DNA of 64,000 bases from contig CAZTJK010000003.1 of the NCBI GenBank assembly GCA_964613715.1, positions 7,322 to 71,321 on the forward strand, written 5' to 3'. Within the stretch, counting starts at the first letter, position 1. Each line of letters begins with the position of its first letter. The notes beneath the pieces are model-generated. The model saw only the letters and a list, made by a program, of their open reading frames with translations, did no database searches and was not told where the DNA came from. The stretch comes from an uncultured Candidatus Saccharibacteria bacterium. GTDB lineage: Bacteria > Patescibacteriota > Minisyncoccia > Phycocordibacterales > GWA1-40-21. Position numbers and translations under genes: made by a program. Positions 29,741 to 38,263 of the stretch are shown here, in pieces.

Positions 29741-30160
29741 TTACTGCCACGCAGCAAGGATTGCTCCCATCACTGCCACTTCAGTGAGCAAGCTCACGGT
29801 ATCAAAAAGCCAGAGCTTTTTCGATCGGCCCATCCAGATCATTTCTACCGATGACGCCGCTGCGACAAAAAGCCACATCCATGCGCCAAGCACCGCGCCA
29901 CGGTACCAGCTGATCGCGCCCATTAGTGGGGAGGCGAATACGAGCCACATTGCTCCGGAGAGCACGAATGCCAGGACAACATTTGCGACATAGTTTGCAA
30001 ACATCTGCCCTTTCATGCCAGCAAACGTTTCCTTGCCGGTCGGGGTCACGTTTGCAAGCCGCATCCAGATTTTGCCGAAGAGCGGTCCATGAAAGAGAAA
30101 GCCGATGATAAAAGCTGCTGCTGCAGCGACGAGTATTGCGAGAATATTGATCGTGAACAT
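29741..30160 (-). CDS. DUF1761-like membrane protein
   Basis: INILAILVAAAAAFIIGFLFHGPLFGKIW; 4 TM. Confidence 0.75.
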   Translation of the reverse strand: MFTINILAILVAAAAAFIIGFLFHGPLFGKIWMRLANVTPTGKETFAGMKGQMFANYVANVVLAFVLSGAMWLVFASPLMGAISWYRGAVLGAWMWLFVAAASSVEMIWMGRSKKLWLFDTVSLLTEVAVMGAILAAWQ

Positions 30161-30200
30161 GAGTGAATTATATAATAAGGCTGATAACACTCTTAGTATA

Positions 30201-30455
30201 TCATTTTTTCTTGTCCTTCCAGTTCCACCACTTCAGCTTCTCGACATCACGCCCACCTTCGGCATAGTACACTGCCGTGCGAAATACATATAAGAGACAG
30301 CGGTCTTGCACCAGACCTGCGAATTTATTCGAGGCATCAAAGAGCTTTTCCGGATCTTTACCAGCGAGGTCTTTTACTTCCTGGATGCCGATTTCTTCCA
30401 AATCTTTCGCGATCGATTCCCCGACGCCCGGGATGATAGTAAGAGGAGATTTCAT
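30201..30455 (-). CDS. Helix-hairpin-helix protein (Cdd1/pathogenicity-locus family)
   Basis: IPGVGESIAKDL, GKDPEKLF, DRCLLYVFR, WWNWKD. Confidence 0.85.
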   Translation of the reverse strand: MKSPLTIIPGVGESIAKDLEEIGIQEVKDLAGKDPEKLFDASNKFAGLVQDRCLLYVFRTAVYYAEGGRDVEKLKWWNWKDKKK

Positions 30456-30683
30456 TGTGCGGGGGCTCGTGAACGACGTTAGAAACGCAGTAATAAATTC
30501 CGACCAAAACTACTCCTTAAATATACCTGAAATTTCAGAAATGAAAAATTCGGATAGCACGCCTGAAATTATACCGGTCATAACCGATACAGACCAAGAC
30601 TCCTGAAGTTATCATCTTTTGTAACTTTCCTATAGAACTTATACACACCTAAACGCATTAGATTTAGGGTAAGTACAAACTAT

Positions 30684-30863
30684 ATGGAAATCTCAAAAGA
30701 AGGGATCGAGGAGTTTAAGCAAGCTCACTTGGAGGTATATGGGTATGAAATATCGGATGAGGAAGCGAGGGAGATAGCCCAGAGACTTGTCGGATTACTT
30801 TTATTGGTAGAAAGGCCGTTACCAGAAGACGTGGAACTAGAAAAAGATGAGGATGATTTTTAA
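30684..30863 (+). CDS. 59-aa acidic protein (not in the ORF track)
   Basis: MEISKEGIEEFKQAHLEVYGYEISDEEAREIAQRLVGLLLLVERPLPEDVELEKDEDDF; resembles small proteins recalled from CPR integrative elements. Confidence 0.65.
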   Translation: MEISKEGIEEFKQAHLEVYGYEISDEEAREIAQRLVGLLLLVERPLPEDVELEKDEDDF

Positions 30864-30893
30864 TAATAAAGGATTGGATACGAGTTCACCACC

Positions 30894-31328
30894 TTAAGAA
30901 ATATCACGAGCAGGGCACACTAAAATATTTTTGCCTACCAGTTCCTTTTTAACTTTTCTGATCAACGCCGCATCATCAGAATAAACAGTTGTTTGAATTT
31001 GAAATAGTTGGGTTTGACGTTGATTTGCCGAGATTTCTGAAAACATAAGCAGTGTTGCCAGAATGGAAACGTCCCCAAATCCCGTCATGTTGTAAAAAGA
31101 ACGCCCACCATACTTGTTAAGAATCTGTCGGTAATGTTTAAGGTAAACTCCTTCATCAAAATCGTTAGTTTTGGAAATTGTAAATATTCGATCTGGAAGA
31201 TGTTTTTTATGAATTATTTCGGTCATCTCAACTTCATCCTCAACATCGGGTACCAAGAAATAATCATCTTGAAGAGTAAGATTATTTTTAAGGATATGTT
31301 GGACGGCGTTTGTATCAATGATGTTCAT
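30894..31328 (-). CDS. PIN-like (DUF4411-type) putative RNase
   Basis: IIDTNA N-terminus, VEDE, GDVSILA, VYSDD acidic tetrad; 4-nt overlap with the upstream gene. Confidence 0.6.
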   Translation of the reverse strand: MNIIDTNAVQHILKNNLTLQDDYFLVPDVEDEVEMTEIIHKKHLPDRIFTISKTNDFDEGVYLKHYRQILNKYGGRSFYNMTGFGDVSILATLLMFSEISANQRQTQLFQIQTTVYSDDAALIRKVKKELVGKNILVCPARDIS

Positions 31329-32521
31329 ATACCAAGCTCATTACGATATTTGCGATAGCCCTTTTTATTAGGTGCTCCCCATATCAAATATTGGGCCTGT
31401 GTACTTGGCAAAGTACCAGCTTGAATCGATCTGTTAATAGTTTGAAATGTAATTCGGCCGCAAAATTTTTCCACTGATGTTGAAATTCGTGGAGCGCGAC
31501 CTCGTCTTTTATTTTTTTTCGGAACATATGGTGGCGGTTTTAATGATTCGTATTCTTGCTTGGAGATAATTCCTCTCAGATGAAGAGTGGTAACCAGCGC
31601 CAGTGGAGAAACCTTTAGCTTGCTGGAAAGAGTATCGATTGTTGATCGGGTTACACGTTCCTTGCGTAGAGGTTCAACCTCTATTGATGGAATAAGGAGT
31701 TCTGACGTAATCGTGTGTAGTCTTGCCGGAACACCAGTTGCCTTCAACATTTTGGTTTTAAAATCCTTATCAAGAAAGTAGTTGTACTGCCCAAGACCAA
31801 TGATTGATAGGAGATAAACCAGTGTATAGATTTGCCGGCTTTCTACCTCATCCGGATTGACCTCGCTTGGAAGGAAAACAAAAGGTACCCGATCATCTTT
31901 AATGACAAAACCACTGGTGTTCCGGTAAACATCGCTTGATACGACCTGGTGCATCGGAAGAATCTTATGTGTCAGGACTCCTCGCGAGACAGTGATGTTT
32001 TTGCTTTCCACTTGACGAATAAGATATTCCAGCGCCTTTCCTTTTCCAGTAAAGCGCCACAATTGATTTCGATCAATTTCGAAATGAGAAAGGATCTGGT
32101 TCGCCGCTTGACTTGGTTGAAATCCATTTATTGACCCGCAGAATAGATTTTTAGGAAAAACAGTTGAAGTTGTCAGGAAATTTTGCTGACGGATTAACCT
32201 ATCGATGATGCGCTTCGAGGTGATATTCCCAGATCCTTTGCGTTTCGCAATAAGTTTGGGAGAGATTTTATATCGACGTTGCTTATCAATATGGTCGATT
32301 TGAATATCGAGATTAGCGGAAGTGAGAAAAAACATCTGCCAAGCAATTAGAATTATCTCGCTTTCTTTTTGGAGATCCGAAAAGTCGATTTGTCCATTGG
32401 TGAATGCAGTACTAAAAACAGGTCTGTTTATCAATCCTTCTTCGGGATAAATTTCAAGAATGCGTTTGACTACGCCATCTTCAATTTCTACGGAATTTGT
32501 ATCGTCGACTGTGACATACAT
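31325..32521 (-). CDS. ImmA/IrrE-like protein lacking HExxH
   Basis: GFVIKDDRVPFVFL...RQIYTLVYLL aligns to the R.FTLAHEL motif; ELLIP; KLKVSPLAL HTH. Confidence 0.6.
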   Translation of the reverse strand: MYVTVDDTNSVEIEDGVVKRILEIYPEEGLINRPVFSTAFTNGQIDFSDLQKESEIILIAWQMFFLTSANLDIQIDHIDKQRRYKISPKLIAKRKGSGNITSKRIIDRLIRQQNFLTTSTVFPKNLFCGSINGFQPSQAANQILSHFEIDRNQLWRFTGKGKALEYLIRQVESKNITVSRGVLTHKILPMHQVVSSDVYRNTSGFVIKDDRVPFVFLPSEVNPDEVESRQIYTLVYLLSIIGLGQYNYFLDKDFKTKMLKATGVPARLHTITSELLIPSIEVEPLRKERVTRSTIDTLSSKLKVSPLALVTTLHLRGIISKQEYESLKPPPYVPKKNKRRGRAPRISTSVEKFCGRITFQTINRSIQAGTLPSTQAQYLIWGAPNKKGYRKYRNELGI

Positions 32522-32530
32522 AAAGTTGAC

Positions 32531-33352
32531 CTAATGAGTAGCTTCTTTTGGCGGATTGTATTCGATTTTTGGCGGTAGATCAGTCATTGCATAATGGACA
32601 AACTGCTGACCAAGTTCTGAAAGTTCATACAAATCTTCCTCATCGAAGGCTGATTCCATTGGTTTCGGGCCAGAGCGCGGCACCGGCGATCTTCTCTGGG
32701 GTGTTTTTCCGTAAAAATTACCTTCCGCATCTTTTTCCCGATGTTGTCGGATGATACCACCCATGTTGAGATCACGAATGAGGAGGCGATACAAACCAGC
32801 TTCTGGTGAGTCTTCACGCACTGGACCTTTGCCGATCTTCCGCCAAATCACTCCGCGACTTATTCCGTTTGTGTTATACACGGCAGCGATCACCTGGAAG
32901 TGTAATTCGGAGTAGGTCTTAAGCCAATCAATGAACAACCGTACCACATCGTCACTTGTAATGGTTGAAGCGGCAGCATTCGCAAGAATATTTCTGATAT
33001 AAACTCTTTTTTCCTCGCTTTCTGTCCCCGACCATTCGCGGAACGTTTTCTTCATAAGAGACTGATATTCCTTACTCTCGATCCTTTCGGCTACCTTGTT
33101 GTCATGCATATCAAGCCTTGCCATTATTTCGAGAATGGTTTGCTGTTTTTCTCGTAGTTCATCCTCAAGCATTTTTATCCAATGCTGAAAGAATTTGTTT
33201 ACTTTTTCCTGTTCGTTTTCAGACCAAGCCCCTGCCGCAGCTGAAAATAAGCCACCTGCGAATGGAACTGCGCCACCAATAACTTGCAATGCACCGCGCA
33301 CGATTTTCGGCGTTGGACCTTCTTCTGGTATATTTTTATTTTCTTCGGTCAT
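32531..33352 (-). CDS. Hypothetical protein, Abi-alpha/DUF4393-like
   Basis: N-terminal GAVPFAGG helix pair, EEKRVYIRNILANAA, C-terminal LSELGQQFV winged-helix pattern. Confidence 0.5.
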   Translation of the reverse strand: MTEENKNIPEEGPTPKIVRGALQVIGGAVPFAGGLFSAAAGAWSENEQEKVNKFFQHWIKMLEDELREKQQTILEIMARLDMHDNKVAERIESKEYQSLMKKTFREWSGTESEEKRVYIRNILANAAASTITSDDVVRLFIDWLKTYSELHFQVIAAVYNTNGISRGVIWRKIGKGPVREDSPEAGLYRLLIRDLNMGGIIRQHREKDAEGNFYGKTPQRRSPVPRSGPKPMESAFDEEDLYELSELGQQFVHYAMTDLPPKIEYNPPKEATH

Positions 33353-33810
33353 TGCGATACATCCTCAGATTGCATTGCGGCCATTTCTCTGTTATCAACC
33401 AAATGTTTTTCTATCGTTTCTGCTATTTGCTCCATGATGGTAATCCGTTCTGCTGGTTTGCTTCCTGCGATTCCCACCGCGAAATTATACAACTCTATCT
33501 TATTGATATTGAGCCATTTGCCATTTTTGTAGAGAAAATAGAATAGGCTCATGACCGCGATTCGCTTGTTGCCATTTTGGAATGGATGGTTCTTGATCAT
33601 GAGGTAAAAGAAGGTGCTGGCTTTACTCACAAGCCCTTGATATTGGTCTTTTTTGGCGAAACGGAAGAAGGGTGTTTTGATGCAACTTTCAAGCACGTTT
33701 GGAAACCGGGTACCAAAATCAGGGATCGGCTCATCCCAATTCATGAGCTTTTGAGCGAATGCAAAAGCAACGTATTCAATTTCATTGACCGTAATATTCT
33801 TTGTTCTCAT
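33349..33810 (-). CDS. Death-on-curing (Doc/Fic) family toxin
   Basis: HPFQNGNKR motif. Confidence 0.9.
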   Translation of the reverse strand: MRTKNITVNEIEYVAFAFAQKLMNWDEPIPDFGTRFPNVLESCIKTPFFRFAKKDQYQGLVSKASTFFYLMIKNHPFQNGNKRIAVMSLFYFLYKNGKWLNINKIELYNFAVGIAGSKPAERITIMEQIAETIEKHLVDNREMAAMQSEDVSQ

Positions 33811-34064
33811 TCCTTTCCGAGTTGCTTAAAGACATCCCCATACTCTATTAATGCCCGATCAATAGCTTTTTCTATTTCTTCTTTCTTTGTGGTTCCGATT
33901 GCCTTTCCAAGCAACTCTTCTAATGATTCATAGGGAATGACATAGTTACGTCCGACCTTCTGGGCTTTGATTTCTCCAGATTGGATCTTTTGGAAGACAG
34001 CTATACGGCTCAGATGCAGAATATTGGCTGCTTCTACGGTGGAATACATTGATTTTATAGTCAT
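33807..34064 (-). CDS. Excisionase-type HTH protein, probable Doc antitoxin
   Basis: YSTVEAANILHLSR...GEIKAQKVGRNYVIP; C-terminal EYGDVFKQLGKE helix; overlaps doc by 4 nt. Confidence 0.8.
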   Translation of the reverse strand: MTIKSMYSTVEAANILHLSRIAVFQKIQSGEIKAQKVGRNYVIPYESLEELLGKAIGTTKKEEIEKAIDRALIEYGDVFKQLGKE

Positions 34065-34214
34065 ATTTGAAGCTTAACATATGTTAAGTCTCAAGCAAGA
34101 CGATGAGCTAGCCAGTTCTAACATCGTCTCGGAAACAGTAACACTGGACTATGTTAGAACTTTTGAAAATATCCTTGTGGATTTTGGTTTTTTTATTTGG
34201 GTAGGACTAAAAAG

Positions 34215-34303
34215 CGGAGACGGTGGGATTCGAACCCACGAGACCTTTAAGGGGTCTACCTCGTTAGCAGTGAGGTGCTTTCGGCCAGCTCAGCCACGTC
34301 TCC
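34215..34303 (-). tRNA. tRNA-Ser (anticodon GCU)
   Basis: GGAGACG/CGTCTCC acceptor stem, long variable arm, CT-GCT-AA loop. Confidence 0.93.
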
Positions 34304-34387
34304 GTATCCGCCCACGATAGCATATTCACTTCTATTATTCTACTTTTCTTGCCTTGCTCCTCGTGGTGCTCTTGCTATACTTGTGAT

Positions 34388-34756
34388 ATGGCTCATCGAA
34401 ACATTCTCAACTTTCTTTTAGTACTGCAGCTTCTGCTCAATGCGCTTTGGTTCGTGCTTGCATACATGACGAAAAGCGCCGGCATCGCATATACGTCGGT
34501 ATTACTCTTGTGGATGTCCGTGATCGCAATTCTACTTTTCGCAAACCTGTCAAAAGGCATCGTCCTGCTCCTCGTACCATATATATTGTGGATATACGGC
34601 ATTTCCTACAGCACCTATTTTTCCTGGCAGGGGAATCAGGCGCTTGCGGCAGAGCCGGTGGCCTGCACCATGGAGGCAAAGCTTTGCCCGGATGGATCAT
34701 ATGTGGGACGTACGGGACCATCCTGCGAATTCGCTGCATGCCCAGGAGGGAAATAA
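34388..34756 (+). CDS. TspO-like membrane protein with C-terminal Cys-rich motif
   Basis: QLLLNALW and LLVPYILW TspO-like motifs; ACTMEAKLCPDGSYVGRTGPSCEFAACP tail. Confidence 0.6.
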   Translation: MAHRNILNFLLVLQLLLNALWFVLAYMTKSAGIAYTSVLLLWMSVIAILLFANLSKGIVLLLVPYILWIYGISYSTYFSWQGNQALAAEPVACTMEAKLCPDGSYVGRTGPSCEFAACPGGK

Positions 34757-34811
34757 TATAAAAACAAAAAGCGGCGCGTGCGAAGCATGCGCCGCTTTTT
34801 GTTTTTAATTT

Positions 34812-35480
34812 TTAATGCGCGATCGCAATGCCAAGCACGTGTTTTGCACCGGCTGCCCGGAGCGTCTTCATCGCTTCATTCATGGTGGCGCCGGTAGTGA
34901 TGACATCATCAAGCACGATGATATTTCTTCCGCGCACTATTCTCGCATCTGCGGAAAATGAGCCGGCGAGATTTGCGAGGCGCTTCGCCCGGCCGCCAAG
35001 ACGGGATTGATGCGGCGTTGCTTTTATTTTCGATAATGCAGAAAGGGAAAGGGTGAGATTTTTCTCACCATCAAGCCGGGTGATTTCTCTGGCGATGAGT
35101 TCGCACTGATTATGCCCGCGCTCGCGAAGCGTTTGTCGATGCACAGGTATTGGCACGAGCAGGGGATCAGCGAAATTTGCAAAGAGAGTTGCATCGCCGA
35201 GCTCGTCGAGGAGGAATGTGTAGAGAAGTGCCGCGAATTTCCGCACAAGCGTGCGATTGCCGCGGTATTTTATTTCCCAAATTGCCGTTTTTACGATTGG
35301 ATACCGATAGGTAAAGAGCGCTGTGCAGTTTTTCGCAGACGTATCCTCCGCTTGCGGCACCGTTCCAAGGATTTCTTCCTCGGACATCGCTTCGATGGCG
35401 CCGACGTGCGCATCTTGCGGCACGATGATCGAAAGTACGGCATTCAAAAAGTTTTTCAACTGCTGCATATGATGGAACAA
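34812..35480 (-). CDS. comF: ComF family phosphoribosyltransferase-like competence protein
   Basis: IWEIKY, VPIP, ERGHNQ, VLDDVITTGAT. Confidence 0.9.
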   Translation of the reverse strand: MFHHMQQLKNFLNAVLSIIVPQDAHVGAIEAMSEEEILGTVPQAEDTSAKNCTALFTYRYPIVKTAIWEIKYRGNRTLVRKFAALLYTFLLDELGDATLFANFADPLLVPIPVHRQTLRERGHNQCELIAREITRLDGEKNLTLSLSALSKIKATPHQSRLGGRAKRLANLAGSFSADARIVRGRNIIVLDDVITTGATMNEAMKTLRAAGAKHVLGIAIAH

Positions 35481-35539
35481 TCTCGTTGTAGGGCGATATT
35501 CGTGTGGTATAATACCATGAATAGTATAGAGTATTTCGC

Positions 35540-36661
35540 ATGAAGAACCCTTTTGCAGATCTGATCAGCAAATTCGCCCCGGCGCAGAAAAGCCCGAGCG
35601 TGCTTGGCATCGACATCGGCTCCTCCTCCGTAAAAATGGTGCAGCTGAAGAAAAAAGGCGGCAAAGCGATCCTTGAAACCTATGGTGAAATCGCACTCGG
35701 CCCGTATGCGGGGACGGATGTGGGGCGCGCAAGCGTGCTCGGAGCAGCGAAAGTATCGGATGCCCTGAAGGATCTTTTGCGCGAGGCCAATACCACGACG
35801 CTTGAAAGCGGACTCTCTATTTCCGTCGGCTCAAGCTTTATCGTGTTCATGAAATTGCCGAAGTCCGATGAAAAGCGTCTTGCTGAAATGGTGCCGATCG
35901 AAGCGCGCAAATATATTCCAGTGCCGATTTCTGAAGTTTCGCTCGACTGGTGGGCGATACCGCAGGATGAGAGCACCGTCTCCGAATTTCAGAATGGCCA
36001 GAAAGTGACCGAGGATAAAGAGTCCGAAGTATTGCTCATCGTCATTCACAATGATGCGATCACAAAAAATAAAGACATTCAAAAGCTTGCTGGTCTGAAC
36101 GTCAGCTTTTCCGAAGTGGAAATTTTCAGCTCGATGCGCGCAGTGCTCGAGCCGGCAATCGCGCCGCAGATGATCATGGATTTCGGCGCGGGATCGACGA
36201 AAGTATTCATTGTCGAGCGCGGCATCCTGAAAGCATCGCATGTGATCAACCGCGGCGCGCAAGATATCACCATCGCTATTTCGAAATCGCTCAACCTGCC
36301 ATTTGATGAGGCAGAAAAAGTAAAACGTATCCAGGGCATCACCAGCGGCGGAGTAGGAGCGAATATCGCCGAGGTATCATCCGTCACCATCGACTACATT
36401 CTTGCGGAAACCGGCCGCTTCGTCCTTTCATACTACAAGAAATCCGGCAAGAAATTGACGAAAACGGTACTCACCGGCGGCGGCGCTCTTTTGAAGGGTC
36501 TCAAGGAAAAGGCGCAAGCCGCATTCGAGACGCCAGTGGAAGTGGCGAATCCGTTTGCCAAGGTAGATTACCCCGCCTTTCTCGAAGAGACGCTCAAAAA
36601 TGCCGGTCCGGAATTCGCCGTTGCTATCGGCATCGCCATCCGCAAGCTCCAGGAAATATAG
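35540..36661 (+). CDS. pilM: Type IV pilus assembly protein PilM
   Basis: LGIDIGSSSVKMV, EARKYIP, DFGAGST, LTGGGALLKG. Confidence 0.92.
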   Translation: MKNPFADLISKFAPAQKSPSVLGIDIGSSSVKMVQLKKKGGKAILETYGEIALGPYAGTDVGRASVLGAAKVSDALKDLLREANTTTLESGLSISVGSSFIVFMKLPKSDEKRLAEMVPIEARKYIPVPISEVSLDWWAIPQDESTVSEFQNGQKVTEDKESEVLLIVIHNDAITKNKDIQKLAGLNVSFSEVEIFSSMRAVLEPAIAPQMIMDFGAGSTKVFIVERGILKASHVINRGAQDITIAISKSLNLPFDEAEKVKRIQGITSGGVGANIAEVSSVTIDYILAETGRFVLSYYKKSGKKLTKTVLTGGGALLKGLKEKAQAAFETPVEVANPFAKVDYPAFLEETLKNAGPEFAVAIGIAIRKLQEI

Positions 36662-36718
36662 TCCACACGGGATTTCTTGCCCGGGGCGCAGTTTTTCGTG
36701 ATATACTAAGCATAGGAA

Positions 36719-37342
36719 ATGGATACGAAATTCCAAACATCGTTCATACCGAAAAAGCCGATCGGGGATTCCCGCGGCTCCCGAGCGGGCATCAGCCTGT
36801 TTCTCCTCGTGTCGCTCATCATTTTCTTCATCATGGCCGGCATTGCCGCGTGGGTATTCCTCGAAAAGAAGATTCTCGTGCAGGGCATCGCGAGCCAGCA
36901 GGCAACGATCAGCACGAACAAGACCGGCCTGATTTCCGACCAGATCACGGTGCAGAGCATCGTGGATCTCAACTCCCGCATCATCGCCGCCAAGCAGCTT
37001 TTGGCGCAGCATATTTCGGTCTCGCCGGTATTCGCGTTTTTCCAGCAGACAACGCTCAAGAATGTGCGCTTCAATAATTTCAATTTTGCTGCAAGCGGCA
37101 AGGACGACAGCGGTAAAGTCGGCGTTTCTGTGCAGATGTCGGGCCTCGCCCGCGATTGGGAGACGGTGGCATCCCAGGCTGATGAATTTGGCCTGTCGGA
37201 ATGGCGCAATATCATCAGCCAGCCGAAAATCTCAAACTTGAGCCTGAACGGCGACGGCAGCGTGTCATTCGTCTTTACGGCGATCATCAATCCGGATTTC
37301 ATCGTCTACGGCAACCCGCAGGCGATCCCATCGCAAAATTAA
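36719..37342 (+). CDS. PilN-like protein
   Basis: TSFIPKK N-terminal motif, single TM, position after pilM. Confidence 0.65.
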   Translation: MDTKFQTSFIPKKPIGDSRGSRAGISLFLLVSLIIFFIMAGIAAWVFLEKKILVQGIASQQATISTNKTGLISDQITVQSIVDLNSRIIAAKQLLAQHISVSPVFAFFQQTTLKNVRFNNFNFAASGKDDSGKVGVSVQMSGLARDWETVASQADEFGLSEWRNIISQPKISNLSLNGDGSVSFVFTAIINPDFIVYGNPQAIPSQN

Positions 37343-37346
37343 TAAC

Positions 37347-37916
37347 ATGAACTTCCTTTTTCCAATCATTCTCATCATCACATCCATCGGCCTCTTTTTC
37401 GGCTACATTGATCCGAACTACAAGGGCACTGGTGCAACCGGCGACTATACCACGATGGGCATCATTCCGCTGCGTGCCGAGCTTGCGAAGTATCAGGATA
37501 TCGCCAAGAGCTCCAACTCAATCGTCTCCGAGCGCGACAACCTGGTCAAGAAGAAAAATACGATTTCAAATGACGATCAGGCACGCCTCGAGCGTTTGCT
37601 GCCGTCGAATATCGACAATATCCGCCTGATCATCGAGATCAGCCAGATCGCCGCAAACCGCGGCCTCGTAGCCAAGAATATTTCTGTCTCCTCGAATGCC
37701 AAACCGGCAACTGCCGCCATCGGCCCGAACGATTCCCTCTATGGCACGCTGACAATGAACTTCACTGTCAACGCCTCGTACAGCAATTTCCTGAATTTCC
37801 TCTCGGATTTGGAGAATAATCTGCGTCTGGTCGATATCACCAATATCACGTTCGGGTCGAGCGACAGTGGTTTCTATGATTTTTCAGTGACGCTCAATAC
37901 CTATTGGCTTAAATAA
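37347..37916 (+). CDS. pilO: PilO-like protein
   Basis: Single TM; LERLLP; YSNFLNFLSDLENNLRLVDI. Confidence 0.78.
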   Translation: MNFLFPIILIITSIGLFFGYIDPNYKGTGATGDYTTMGIIPLRAELAKYQDIAKSSNSIVSERDNLVKKKNTISNDDQARLERLLPSNIDNIRLIIEISQIAANRGLVAKNISVSSNAKPATAAIGPNDSLYGTLTMNFTVNASYSNFLNFLSDLENNLRLVDITNITFGSSDSGFYDFSVTLNTYWLK

Positions 37917-37921
37917 TACCT

Positions 37922-38257
37922 ATGAAGAAAAACATCGTCATTTTCATCGTGATCCTGCTGACCGTCCTTGTCGTCTTCTGGTATCTGGGATCGGACAGTT
38001 CCACGAGCTCTGATTCTTCGCTTTCGGCGGGGGAAACCTCCGCGCAGTCTGCCGATGCGCAGTACATCTATTCGCTGCTGCAGAAAATGGCGCAGGTAAA
38101 ACTCGATGATTCCATGTTCTCCAACCAGGTTTTCCAGTCCCTGAAAGACAATACCGTGTCATTTCCGCCGCAGGCAGCCGGCCGCGATAATCCGTTTGCG
38201 CCGATCGGCAGCTCGGGCGGTCCGGTCTCCACGACGACGATTCGTATTAAGCAATAA
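37922..38257 (+). CDS. Small pilus-associated membrane protein (PilP-like GRDNPF motif)
   Basis: N-terminal TM, GRDNPFAP, operon position. Confidence 0.55.
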   Translation: MKKNIVIFIVILLTVLVVFWYLGSDSSTSSDSSLSAGETSAQSADAQYIYSLLQKMAQVKLDDSMFSNQVFQSLKDNTVSFPPQAAGRDNPFAPIGSSGGPVSTTTIRIKQ

Positions 38258-38263
38258 TTCGCC

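Larger units (their letters stand above)
30456..34200. mobile_element. AT-richer genomic island downstream of tRNA-Ser; no intact integrase
   Basis: Visible composition and codon shift; toxin-antitoxin and defence-like cargo; abuts the tRNA 3' end. Confidence 0.65.

Noticed and set aside
30456-34215. Intact prophage or integrative element at tRNA-Ser
   Set aside because: No integrase, no phage structural genes and no clear duplication of the tRNA 3' end at the far boundary
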